From assembly GCF_902459465.1 (NCBI RefSeq), contig NC_047070.1:15748001-15812000 (forward strand): 64,000 nt of DNA, in the 5' to 3' direction. The stretch comes from Asterias rubens. Lineage: Eukaryota. Numbering within the stretch: the first letter of the stretch is position 1; every line of letters begins with the position of its first letter. Both the position numbers and the translations under genes were made by a program. Shown piece after piece: positions 25,337 through 38,519 of the stretch. The notes under the pieces were generated by a model. It ran no database searches and was not told where the DNA came from. It worked only from the letters and a program-made list of their open reading frames with translations.

Positions 25337-27918
25337 CAAACCTTAATACTGACTTTGGAAAACAACACAACTAAAAACACATGTAAACTAGATCGTTTTG
25401 ATCTAGTGATATATTATAAACTTGCCATGAGGCATAGATGCAATAAGACCCAAGATTGTTGTCAAATTAACCGAACGAGCAAATTGCGGTGAATTACGCA
25501 AGACAAATCATTCTTATTAAAATTGAAAGTCACTTGATTTGTCATGAATCCAAGAACCATTTAATAATCATCTTGATTAGTATCGACAATTTGCCCAGTC
25601 CCTCTAGGGACAACCAATTTACCCATCTGCGAAGCTCTCGGGTAAGCCCCCCCCCCCAACCCCTCCCTCCCAGCCCAGCGGTTGATTGAGGCTTCATCCG
25701 GTAGGATGTGACAGTCCGAATTACTCCCGCGAACCGCTTGCTTATAAGTTGGGTTACCACAAAAGACATCTCTGTCCTGTAAAGATTAGAGACAGGTTCC
25801 ATATCTGATCAGATAAACCTCAGATTTTATGTGAAAACAAAGGGGAAATATACCTCTTTGTTCTTTAGAAGTGCACAATTATCATTGCAGTTCATGGTTG
25901 CTGAACAGACAAAATAATAAACGAACAAAAGGCAAGTTTGATAGAATTATAAAGGGGTATCAGTCGTTGTGTAAGCGCATGTCTAAGTGGTTAAGTACCG
26001 CGGCCAATCCTCACTAATAAAACCAGAAATTTGAAAAGGAGGAAAGCTTTTGAGAAAGCAAAGGCTTTTCCGTTTTTATAATCAGGAGAAGTTGACTACC
26101 CTCTCTGCGAGTCAGAGACCTTGTTTTAATGATTCACCGTTTAGTTGTTGTTTTGATCTAAACATACTGTTTGTGAAGTCTGATCTCAAACTGTAATGAT
26201 AGATCTTCCATTCATGTCATGATTGTTTCGTCATTGTGTCTCATATTTCCAACCTCCTTACAGCTCTACCCACCACATTATTATTAGCCCACAATGCAGT
26301 TCGTAAAACATGTTAAGTCCAAGTCTAAGCTTAAATTGATGTAGTAGGCCTATAGTGGTAAAGATGAAACCTGCCTTAGGCTTAAACGATGGATTGGTTG
26401 GGCTGGGTTGGACAGTCCGTCAAATTATTAGAACACAAGATTTGTTTTCCTCTCCATGATTATGATTGAATCTTACCACGCGACCATGTGTTCCCAACAT
26501 GTACACTTCTCTCTCACGTTCATCTTTCAATCAATTGCAATTACGTTCCGATGTATTGTATTAGTGTTTTTTTCTCTACAACGATCACTTTCTGCGAAAA
26601 CTTATTGGATTTGTCCAGTTTATAGAGAGAGATAAAAGAAAAGTTCGCCTACGATTTGTCAATGGCTTGGTAATTTGAGTATATGACTTTGGTGATAGTT
26701 GAATGACTTCCTACGTGGTTTGATGTTGGATGGGACATCAATGCGAGACAGAGTACAGTGAATGCCAAAACTGTAGACCTAATCATCGTTATTTTTACAT
26801 TTCAAAGAATGATCTGGGGCTGAAATTTCATTTTGGATTGTAAATCACACGGAGTGTAATATCACATAATAACAGCACAGAGATACGCGAAAGTTGATTT
26901 ATATGAGAAAGTGAAAGGATTGTTATAGATGACTTTGCCATACAACAGCGCCACCCATTGTTATCAGGGCATTTTAATGTAGTTCCCGTACTGTCTATAA
27001 TAGACTTTCATGAAGTCTTTGTAAAATCGGCGGATAACCCTTTTTGTGAAAAAACTCCTTTTCACAAAATTCCATGGAAGAACTCACACAATATTTGCAA
27101 AATCGGCATTTAATTTTCTCTTATTTTGAATAATTTTGTCTCTTTGTTTAACTCACGCGCAAAAAGGTTTGATAGAGTTTGTGATATTATATATTTCAGT
27201 TTTTTCTATCCTTGGGTCTATTTAAATTTAAGTGCACGTCCAGATGAAAACGTCAATTTGTGTTTAATTTTTTTATTTGTTTTGTTGCACAAAAGGTATT
27301 CAATTTCACCGTATTAGGCCTACTCATGGCCTTCGGAAGTCAGTTACACACAAAGTCAAAGATGCTCTCCAACAAAAAGCTCATAATCTAACGATGAATT
27401 TATACAAAGAGTTTCCTGTGCAGTGACCCCCTGTCTGTATATAATCATTAATAACTCCATTTGCGTTTTAAATAACTTCGGTGAATTAATTCAAGATGTC
27501 CATGGATTCACCACAAGGTGTACGTGCGGGTTAGAAAGAGATTTAGAAACTATTAAGAAAGTGACATTGTAGGGTCATATTCCCCCTTCTCTGTTAGGTA
27601 GAGTGGTTCAGTGGGAGTAACGAGGCGATTTGCTTGCCAGGCAAAGAGCCAGCTGGTCGGTTTGAAGTGGGGTCATTCCCCCGTGTTTCTTTCTGAACTT
27701 AGAGCAAGGAATTAAGTCAAAGCGGTTGGAAGTAACGAGAAGAACTTATACATGTTTGATCGAGATGTTTGTTGTGACTATTCGCTCTATTGCTGAATAC
27801 ATGCATCTGTTTTTGCTGTGGCAGACTTCTTCTGTTGGTCTTATGGTTCTTGTTGTTCTCGCGATATGAAACTGTTATTGAAACTCTTTCCTTTGGTTTT
27901 ATCTATTTATTTCATAAC

Positions 27919-28168
27919 CTAGTCCGGTTGGCGAATAATGGTATCTTAACTCCCGTTCCACGACCCCGTTTCAAATCCCACCGGGGGGCACTATGTGGAT
28001 TTGGGTTTTCGTACCTGACTTCGTGGGTTCTCCCTTGAATAATTATGTGGGATCGTAAACTAAAGCTCCTTCTTTGTCTTCTCTCCATTGGGTTCTTATG
28101 TATAGTGATGAGTTCACTTTTGTGAGAGTCCTTGGCTGAACAACCAGATATTAATAAATAGAATAAAA
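27919..28168 (+). mobile_element. Decayed tRNA-derived SINE; related fragment at ~44190-44300
   Basis: TTCAAATCCC B-box remnant, then the ATGTGGATT(T)GGGTTTTC...ACCTGA core shared by both loci, and an A-rich tail. Confidence 0.6.
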
Positions 28169-29321
28169 TCTAGAAACGAACACTGCTCCTCCGAGGCTAT
28201 ATCCCTAGGGTAAAAATAATTACACGTTTCGCAATCTAACCATCGGGTCGTATGAAAGTATACCCAACATGACATTGCGATATTGTTATTAGTTTTGAGT
28301 ATCGTTTTTAATCACTCTGACCTTATCTTTGAATAATATCACCGATAATTTCAACCTGGTTTATTCCTTACAAATTAACCCTTACTAATTGGAAATGACA
28401 TATCCATAATTAGAAATCTTTCTTAATTAACACAAAATCCCCCATATAATTATCTGTAGCTATGGAAACTAAAGGAAGCAGTCATTTCGTAACAGTTCTC
28501 CCAGACACGTTGTCTCTTCAACTTGGACATAAAGTATATCAACCCTTAACTTTCTCTTATTGACCTCTGAATAGTCCCCAAGATAATATTCAGTCCTCAT
28601 TGTTCTCATCATTATCATTACAACAATTAGTTACTGCAGTGACGTGTCAACCATAGCAGAGTCTTTCTCAAAGGCTAAGCTTTAATATTCAAACAAATGC
28701 CAGAAATTATAGTCGTGATTCTCACAGTTTTGCGACCAGTTTACGTGACTTGCCATTTAAGAAGGCATCCATGCTCTTTAGTAATAATGACATTCCACAA
28801 TCGTGTAGTTCAAACCTGCCTCATCATGTTTGTTATAGAGGTCCCATTTATCAAAACATAAACTGCCCTCTCCATTGTCTGATGGCAAGGCAAATCCGAA
28901 TAAAAACAGGGAAGTCTCACAAAACCATAAAACACATTTCTTTTTCACATCAAACTTGAATTGTAAAGAAATCAAAAGCGTTGTTGGAAATTCGTATGTT
29001 CAAGGATGTTGGAAATTCGTAAGATCAAGGGATTAAGTAGCAGACTGCTTTGTATTTCCAAGGGCGATCAGAGCCATTATTGAATTACTGGGATTCGGGG
29101 AATAGTCTTCAAGATGTACAGAGCTTTCTAAGAAGCGATTACAAAATGTTCTTCCTTTCTTTGTTCTCCTTCTTTAAACTGATCTGAATCTACATTAAAA
29201 TTGTTAGTTAGGCCTAAGAGTAAGATAGTGAGTAATTCATGATAACATGCCGGTTTTCTGTATAAAGGATAGAGAATGGGGTGGAACACTATCTTAAAAC
29301 AAGAATATGAATGAGTGTTAA

Positions 29322-29663
29322 AGGCACTGGACACCTTTGGTAGTGTTTCAAATACCAGTATTCTCACTTTCCCATCATGCATTAAATAACAAATGTGTGA
29401 CTCAATTTGGACTTATTTGGTCATCGAAGTTACGAGAGAATAATGAAATAAAAAAACCTTGTTGCACAAAACTGTTGTGCTTTCAGATGTCTATTAATTA
29501 TAATAAAAGGGATCAGGCTTGAAGTCTTTTATTATTTGCGTGAGACGTTACGCTTTCTAAAAAAGAAATACGTTACTTCAGAGGGAGCCGTTTCTCACTG
29601 CTATAGTTACTAAGTAAGTTTGTATGCTAACAGTTGAGTAATTACCAACTATGTCCAGTGCCT
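29322..29663. mobile_element. MITE family A, diverged copy
   Basis: TTAA-AGGCACTGGACAC...GTCCAGTGCCT-TTAA; shares the internal GAGGGAGCCGTTTCTCAC block. Confidence 0.8.
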
Positions 29664-30114
29664 TTAAATTAATTAACGTTGCCCTTTGGTGAGCATCAAA
29701 TTTTCACAGTGTATGTGAAAGCGTAACCCATATTCACGACATTTTGCTCAAGACACCATCGGCAATAAAGCAAACCATTTTTAAGGGGGCGTTGTTGTTG
29801 ACTAGTTGTGTTAATATTATAACCTTGTCACCAACCTATGAACTTTTAAACATTTCTTTAACTGCTTCTTCCATAATTATTTGTTGTTAATTATAGATTA
29901 TGTCAATAGTTTGAATAATTATATAATAACATTGGTGTTTTGAACCACTTTTTATTAGCGTTTCACTCTTTGTTCTCTTAGATAGCCAAATATTTTATAA
30001 ATAGACATAATATATTGGTTGTATTCCCATTTGTAAGTTTTTTTGTTGTTGTTTTTTTCAGATTTTGACGAACTAGGAGGGGTGTCGGTGGGACGTGGGG
30101 GATCTAAGCTGGAT

Positions 30115-33100
30115 ATGACCATGGGCAGCAGGTCGTTATTAGTGACAATTGTGATCACAGTAGTCATACCCAGCATCTGGGCAGGTGCAATAGCTGGGGC
30201 TCAAACACAAAAGGTGAGTGAGATACGCTGGGTTGATAATGATATCAATAATTGACGACATTTTTGAGTCACACAATGTCGTCAGTATGATTCCGGACTT
30301 AATATGTGTTTCTGTAGGCCCCCCTAATGGAAGAAAATCAGTATTTCAACAACATAAGTTCTTTTTTTTTTAAATGTATAAAAGAAGCACGGGATAAAAC
30401 TTTCTTGAACCACAATGCATCGGCATTCTTGGCATAAATAACCAACATAATTTGTGGGTCTTTGGCTTCAATTTGTAGGTCGAGTTGACCCAAATATCGA
30501 ATCGTGCTGTTTGAAAAACTGTCCGCCAAAGTTCAACCCATGTTAGTTGACCTTTTGGTGGACACACAGTACCGTAACCGGGGACAAAATCCCCTATGGC
30601 CCGGCTTATTATTGACCGTCGGAACAGCCTTTACGACTTTTGAAGGTTTTGGGGATAGACTTTTGAAGGTTTTGGGGATAGATGGCCAGACCCAAATGAC
30701 AAGTTTCAGAGGTTACATGTTTCTTTGTTGTATATTATAGATCAACTAACCATGAAAACTATTTCATTGTGTTCTATGCACAGATTCGTCGTGAAAGTCG
30801 AGAATCTGGCAAGTACTGGCCAAACTCCGTGGGTATCTCAGACCAACAGCTACGGCAACTCCTAGCACACTCTCTGGCGGACTCGTACAGTACGTCAGGG
30901 GCAAGTCACATACGGGGAGGAGACGGGGATGCAGGGTATATATACGATAGTCGAGATCAGGTCGATGACACGGGGACGAACGAGGAGGAAGGGGAACGCG
31001 TAATCGGGAGCGAGGTTACATCGAGAGACTCGAACCCCGGTACAAGCAAGAGAAATGGGTTCTTCTATGGCAAAAGAAATGGGTTCTTTTATGGAAAGAG
31101 ATCAGCGTCAACCCCTGGCAATGCAAATGAAGTAACTCAAGTGAGTGTATAATGCAATTCAAGTTCTTGAGAATATTATTTCGATTATTTGGCTGTGGCT
31201 AACAGTGCACCTGTATAGAATTACATGTACCAATGCAGCAAAACGTCATAGCTGAACACGCCTTGTTCAATACCTTCCGACATAAGCCAATAGTGAGCGA
31301 CCGTAGGTGTGCTTCTAAATTGCAGCATAGGCTCATGTGGTGCGTATGGCTAGACGTAGAAACCAGGGATGGAGAGTGCAACACCATGAACCCCAAACCA
31401 ACTCACTTAACAAGTAGCTTATTCGCCCCCTCCCCCCCCCCCCTCTACGATCTAGTATTATAAACTTTTGAAATATCTTTATTTATTTTGTTTTTTACAA
31501 TAATAGTACTAGATTAACTGTTATTGTGGTTTATTGCTAAATCTACATTTCCTCTGTCGCTCACAGCAATCTCCAAACTGTGTTAACCATGTTGTGCACT
31601 ATTATGCATAAAACTCCTCATAATTACAAGAAAGACAAGTTTACGGCCGTAATAACAAACTGAAACGACGCCCTCTTGTGACTACTAAATCGCATGTCGA
31701 TTTATGATTCCATTCTCCACCTCCGCCACCTACGCGATATTTCCAGTAGTTCACCCTATCAACAAAACACAAATAAGATGAAAGTAGGTTTGTTTTGACA
31801 ATAGACGCTACCGTCGGAAGTGCCCTTGTTTAGGCGAATCACGTTTTGTTCGCCACGAAGGGACGGAATACGTGCCTACGAACAATCGATGGCCGCCGAC
31901 GATGCGACCAATAGTGGTGGGCGATGGTTCGCTCTAAAATAGCAGAGCATGCAGTGACGTGGCATTGAGCGTCAAACACCATGTAAATAATGGTTTAGAA
32001 AATGGGTCAAAACCCTGACGTGTATATCAATTATAATTTAAATTTCTTCCTAAATGGTTAGCGTAATTAACCGAACAATCAACCTATGTGACGAGGATCT
32101 CTCCCAGTACACGGCTTTCTTATTAAACAAATGCTATTAAATAATCTACCTGTTGGTGAGCAGAGGGGGCGGGATGAACAAAGTGGTATTGGTCAGTGAT
32201 GCATTGTGACCACTAAAAATTAATCATCTACTGATTAATCACCGTCAAAGACAGTCATCGTGTGACGGCAAGCGCGTGACACTCGACAAAATTACTTGAG
32301 AAATGGCACATAATCTGGACAGTGCGTGATATGAAAATACTGTCTGTTCCTAAACGGATTGATTTATAGCCAGTGTACTTTGAATGGGGAGCGGAATTTC
32401 TGTTTGCATGTATGGAAATCACATGTGATTAATTTCAAACAGAACGTGAATTGGATTTCAAAATTCTCACGTGATGTTTGTTTTTTCTTCATTACTTTAT
32501 TTCCCGGTTCCTCTTTGAATCAATCACTTGTCCTTCTTTAAAGGGAGGATGAAACAATAACAGTCTTAAGCCCTTTTCACACTGTATCCATATCCCTTTG
32601 GAATACATCCCTGGGGAGGCCCCAGAGGTTTTTTACCCCACAGCTACCCAGTGCACTTTCGCACTGTCCACTCTGGTCACTATTCCAGGGGGTTCCGGTT
32701 GCCCAAATGAAGACTACCTCGGGGCAGGCTGGGGGTGATTCCCCGGGGTTGGCTCATTTGCAGGTAGATTAGGGGTAAAGCCACTCGCCGTTAATAATCC
32801 CCGGGGTTGCCCCGGGGAATCGTTTTTGTCAACTAATACCTAACGCAGATTTAATCAGCACAGGACTTCCTAATCTTGGATTTTTGTTATTAGTTTGAAA
32901 GAAGAACAAGAGTTTTCTTCATAGACTCGCCTCCCATATTTTTATCAACCCTGGATTTCTCAAAGTTTATGATTTCCTTTCTGTTCTTCTTTCTCTTTGA
33001 CAGTGCATCCCGTGTGGGCCTCAAAACAACGGCCAGTGCGTCATGTTTGGTACATGTTGCAGCTATGAACTAGGTGGCTGCTTTTTCCTGACAGAGGAGG

Positions 33101-33267
33101 CCCTTCCCTGTGTGACGTCAAAATCGTCATCATTATGTGAGCTGAGCGGATTGCCGTGCGGTGACGAGGGATATGGAAGGTGCGTGGCAGACTCTGTCTG
33201 TTGTCTGCCGCAAGAGGGCTCTTGTCATATCAACGCAGAATGTGGAGGCAAGATGACATTTCAATAG
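30115..33267 (+). CDS. NGFFYamide precursor: NGFFYamide (NG peptide, NPS/CCAP-type) neuropeptide precursor with C-terminal neurophysin domain, 239 aa, 3 coding exons
   Basis: Exons 30115-30213, 30784-31140 and 33004-33267, all phase 0 with GT-AG sites. The joined protein has a hydrophobic signal peptide (MTMGSRSLLVTIVITVVIPSIWAGAIAG), an acidic spacer, KR-NGFFYG-KR-NGFFYG-KR (31048-31101) and a 14-Cys neurophysin (CIPCGP...NAEC). The acceptor at 30061 implies an unlocated upstream non-coding exon. AATAAA at 33345 and 34222. Confidence 0.98.
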
Positions 33268-36200
33268 GACTTGCATTATGCGGACTTTAAATTATTTATA
33301 AAGGGATAGGAAAAGGTGGTTAATATCTGTATTTTGAAAAGGGTAATAAAATTTAAGGTTGTTTGAGAAAAGGGACACGAATGTTATTTTGACCTCAATG
33401 TGTAAATTTAAACAATTTTAGCGATTACTTATTTTTAGACCACTACGAATTAACTGTTTTATGTTCTTTACGACGGGAAAGAAATGAAATCTTTTGAGAG
33501 ATTCGAATGTACAAAGAGTGTTATCGTGATGACTTTATTGTTTTATCTTGCGACGTCACATTATTTAAGCAACCTATGTTTAGACAATAGTACAGTCATG
33601 AACAAGTTACCCTCTGACTCGCCAACGAATTAAGGTGTTTTTAACACGTTTTTACGAACAATAACCACTGCTTTCGATCGTCCAATGATTTGCCTCCTTT
33701 TGCCTCAGTGAGGATGCATTTTGGCCTCATCGGTGAGGGCAAATTTTGAGAGTGTGACGTCACGCAAGGGGGTCAAAACGAGTTTCCAATGTTGTAACAG
33801 GGAAGCTACATGGGTAAAATATTGTCGACTGACAGAAGTCTATTGTTCTATTCATGATAGATAACCTATGATAATGTCCACACGGAATTTTTAAAATTAC
33901 TCAAATATTGTCCCAAGAACAAAAAACAATGTCCCCTCCTAGCTCGCTCAAAATTCAACAACATAAGTGATACTCAGAGGAACCTTGTTACAGAAAACGC
34001 CTATGGGTTCAACTCGTTAATTTCAACCGAGGTTTGAATAAGTTCAGAGAGTGCATGACGTTCATTCAGAACGTCGATGTAACTCCCCCCCCCCCCCCCC
34101 CCGCCAATCAATAAAGATGTACCAAAAGAGGTATTTTGGTATATAAAATGCCATATAAATACTGACTCTCTCTCTCTGCAGGTTAAATGACAAAGACAGA
34201 TTATATAATTTTGTTAATGTGAATAAAAATAAGTGTTTAATGATTATCATAATGTAATAGCTTATTTACTTCTAGATTTTCTTATAACATAATTATTAGC
34301 TTCAGGCAGTTACTAATATTTATTTTAGGGGGTAGTGAGTTTCTCCCACACAAATGTTGAAGAATAACATAATACAAAAATTACTGACTAAAACGGTGTA
34401 AGTTTACTTTAAGGGACTATCTTTGGCGTCACTGCGACAACTTCGGTTTGCACGGTTTATCATTCTTTTGTTCATCTGTGACTTCAATGATTACACCGTC
34501 TCTATACTAAATAAGAGACTGTGCGAGACTATACAGTGCGGTAGTAAACACTGTGCGAGATTATAGGCGATGCCGCACGTTATTATCGTTGATCACTACA
34601 CCTGCGATTTACTCTCAGCTTTTTAACAGATTAAGATTTGCCACGAGACTAATCTGTTAATGATACACGTATACCCTGGGAAGCGTTTCCCTTATCGGTC
34701 GTTACATCCCAACATCCATTAAGTAGCAAATCTGTGTGAACAAAATGTTACTCAATTTCTCATCGAAGTTGTAAGAGAAAAATAACAGAAAATACACCCT
34801 TGTTGCACAAATTTGTGTGCTCTCAGATGCCGAATAAAAAGCACTACAAAAACACATCTCTTGTACAAAAATCGTTACCTCAAATTCCAATGGCCCGGAG
34901 ACTGTAGTCTAGTGTCTGTAATTGTTTGGTTATTATGACCTCTTTTGAATGTATACATGCCAACTGTTTTGTTCATTGTCTTGATGTAAACAATAAAAAT
35001 ATATATAATTGGGTTCTTTAAGTTGTATGCTGATGTTATTTTTTTCTGAAAGATCTTGAAGATGAATAAAAATGGTAGGGCGCTGGTCCCCGGCGTCGTG
35101 CCAATGTACAGTGCATTGTCTTATCGTCTGGTTATGTGTGGTCTCCGTCCGAGTACCAGTTTTGTGAAGGCTTCCGTCAATAAGTACGGAATATTAAAAC
35201 AAAAGCTTGTTTAGAGTTGCGTTGTGTGTATTTTGTTTGACTGCAATTATTTCGTATTATCTCGCCAACCATATTTATTTATGCAATACACAAACGCACG
35301 TACCCACATCAAATCTTTGAGCATGTTGCGTCAAACATAATAATGGGTGCGTAGGGGCAGGTGGGGCCGGCAATGGCACGTGTTTAATAGGGAGTGCTGG
35401 CTATTTAACGCATCAAACCACTCATTTGTGTATTTTTAGTTTCGATCTTATGGGGTGGGGTGGGGGGGGGGGGGCTGGTCGATCAAGAGTGGGGCAATGT
35501 GTCTATAAAGCTACCCAGACCATGCCCCTCTCTAGTAACGCATCATGGTGGTTTTAAAACTGATGTGAGTGGCCTCTGCAAATGCTCTCATCAGCCTATT
35601 TGTTGTTTTTCGATTGTATGTCATGCACGGCAAGAGCACTGAAAGTTTGTTTTCCGACAAACTCCATAATAATTGCTTCTGAGGTGGGAAGCATTTTCTC
35701 TGAAGTCTCTGTCAATGATATTTTGAAACAGAACACTCGATTTGTCAGTCCATGATCTTCAATTAGAAGACTTCGAATCCGACCCGTGCATTGAATCAGA
35801 TGGGCAGGGCAAAACAAATAGTTGGAACGAAGAATATGCAAGGTTTGAGGGTATTATACTTGTCTCATATAGACAACTGCTAGAAGATCGTGTTTCAAAT
35901 AAACGGACACTTTTAGCTGGGAGAGGATGTGAGTCGGGTGGGGAGGGGGGCGGGGGGGGGGGGGGTTCTCTGTGCAAAGTGTGCTCCGTTTCACATTACA
36001 GCACTCACTACATTAAACTCATTCACTTATTGGGGGGGGGGTGATATGCAGTCCTCCTGTAATGCTTCGTTTTAAAAGGGCACGGGCACCAAGGCATTTT
36101 ATGTTATCCTCCTTAGTAAATGGCACCCTATGAGGCAATTATACATTTTAAATACCGGCCATTTCAAGGGCACCAAGGCAATGACCATGCAGGTGGCATG

Positions 36201-38519
36201 GGGACAATCGCCTCCTGCCTCCTTGAAGTAGCAGGCCTGGGAATGCGAATTATAAGAAGTTAATTTAAAACCATTTCGTATGCTATAGATGCGGAAGGAG
36301 GTGCCCTGGTTCCTGATCAATTTCTGTTTGTATTGACATAATTATGTTGTTTAGGGGGTGGATGTAGACATTTGTCATCGTTAGAGAAAGTAGATGTATT
36401 CCTGATCGATTTAAAACTTCTGTCATAAAATAACTTAAAATTATTATAAAATCGCTTCCTTATTTCTTCCTTTTCACTGTGGTTTGGATTACACCTGGAG
36501 AGCGGGCAATCACCGGACTGCCTTGTTTTTATGCGTCTGCCTATTTTCATCTCGGCAAAAGCGTGGCTAAGAAATTAAATTCAAGTTAAAACTGAGTGCG
36601 CACCTTTTACTGAATGAAGAGTGTAAAAAGAAAACCACCATTGAGTAAGACCAGGTGCGACGTAGTAATGGTTACGGCATCTTAGACATAGTGGTTTGGG
36701 GATGAATACAGTATGAATACTGACAATTCTCAATGTCTGTGATTGTCGGTACAGTCCTCAGTGATGAGGTGAGGTATAGGATACAATTAAAGACGCAGGC
36801 ACTATTTTCAGAAGTTTATTTTTGATGACACTTTGCGGGTTATTGCTGCTGTGTGTTATATATGGCTACCCGATGTATGTTAATGTATCAAGAAATTAAA
36901 GAATAGTGTCATGTGACGGGAGAGAGAGAGAGAGGGGGGGGGGATTAGAATCACAACCCCGTCTTGACCTACCAAATGAAGTATTCGAAATGCACAAATA
37001 AATGCTCAGATACACCAAAAGCCCCGCCCCTCACCCAATTATTTCCTTACCCCCTCCCCCCCCCCCCCCCCGCGTATGAGAATTTCTACCCACTGGAGAG
37101 CTTTAACATTATCCCCTAGACTTGAATTCAAGTCTGAGACTGCGGTTGTGTCTTTGCATCAGCCACACAGAATTCCCCCGCAGATTCCCTATCACACGCT
37201 CTAACTCGCATCTCTGTGATCGTCGGCCAATGACGAATGTTAATCAACACAATATGTCGTATAGACGCCTTCTTGGGAAGATAATCTAAACAAAGATAAT
37301 CTAATCTAAAATGTCACATAGAGTTACTCAAATAAATTGATAACATTTCACAACTTCTTAATTTTCTTCATTATCAATTTAATGATTTATTATCGAAGAT
37401 CAAATAGAAAAACAAAACTTCTTAAAGATGCTGCTACTAATAATTAAGCATTTATTATAATGATTTATCTTTACATTGCACTGGATTGTCCAAACAAACA
37501 TTATGTATACACAATTACTGTTTATCTATATTGGGTGTATCATTTAAAATTACAATCACTTCAACCATGCTTCAACTATGCTTCAACTCACCGGAATAAC
37601 AATATTTTACAAACAGTAAACCATTTCAAACACAGTTTAGCATACAAATGGGTTCAAATACAGAACAAGTTGCATGATACACAAAACACAACAATCTGAA
37701 AAAAATCGCTTAAATAGCTTGTGTATTTCCTTAGCAAAAATTATCAGGGAACCAGCGACATAATGTTAATTACACACTATTTTGTCTGGTTACCTGTTCC
37801 TGCTAAAGAAGATTGTTTCATGCTAAGCAGGATTATCTAACACGCACCTAGGAAACCAGCTAAGAACAAAGTGATTTTTGACTGGTAACTAGTTCATTGT
37901 TAGTAAATCATAGAAACAAGAACACTGAAAATACGCGACACCCACAGCCATTATCCCACGTACGGTCTTACTACGACCTCAATGAGGGCGCTTTTCACCC
38001 TTGTGACATCATGCAAGGGGGGTCTTAATTATTTATAAATTATGCAAGTGAACCAAAATAATGGATCTCCCATTATTAATGTGCACAGCCACGATCATGG
38101 GTACAACTTTTTGTTCTAAATTTTATGAGGAACAGTTTGAAAACCACTGATGCAGCAGTTTTCTCGATGTTAATTCAATTGAAAGTCGCTGTGTCAATGA
38201 TGAATCAAAAGAGCTTGAGTTTGTCAAATTATATATGTACAAGATCTGCAGCAAAGAATTGCTCAATATTTACATGTTGTCTATTTGGTGTTTTTGTAAC
38301 AAAAAGTAATACCATGATTGTGACTGTGTAATAATTAATTAGTTGCACCTCATACTCAGGTAAAGTGGATGAGCATCTAATAGCAATGTAAAGCAGGGGT
38401 ACATAGACAATATAACAAGGAGGTATGCAAGTATTAGCCAAACAATGTCATGTCATGTACACCAAGAGTGTCACAACATGGCCACAATAAGCTATTAGTG
38501 AGTAACATTTGAATGATGT

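Noticed and set aside
1-30000. Asterotocin (vasopressin/oxytocin-type) gene next to the NG-peptide gene
   Set aside because: No CLVQDCPEG-like peptide or second Cys-rich neurophysin exon was seen in the ORF track or by eye. A TBLASTN would be needed to exclude short exons fully.
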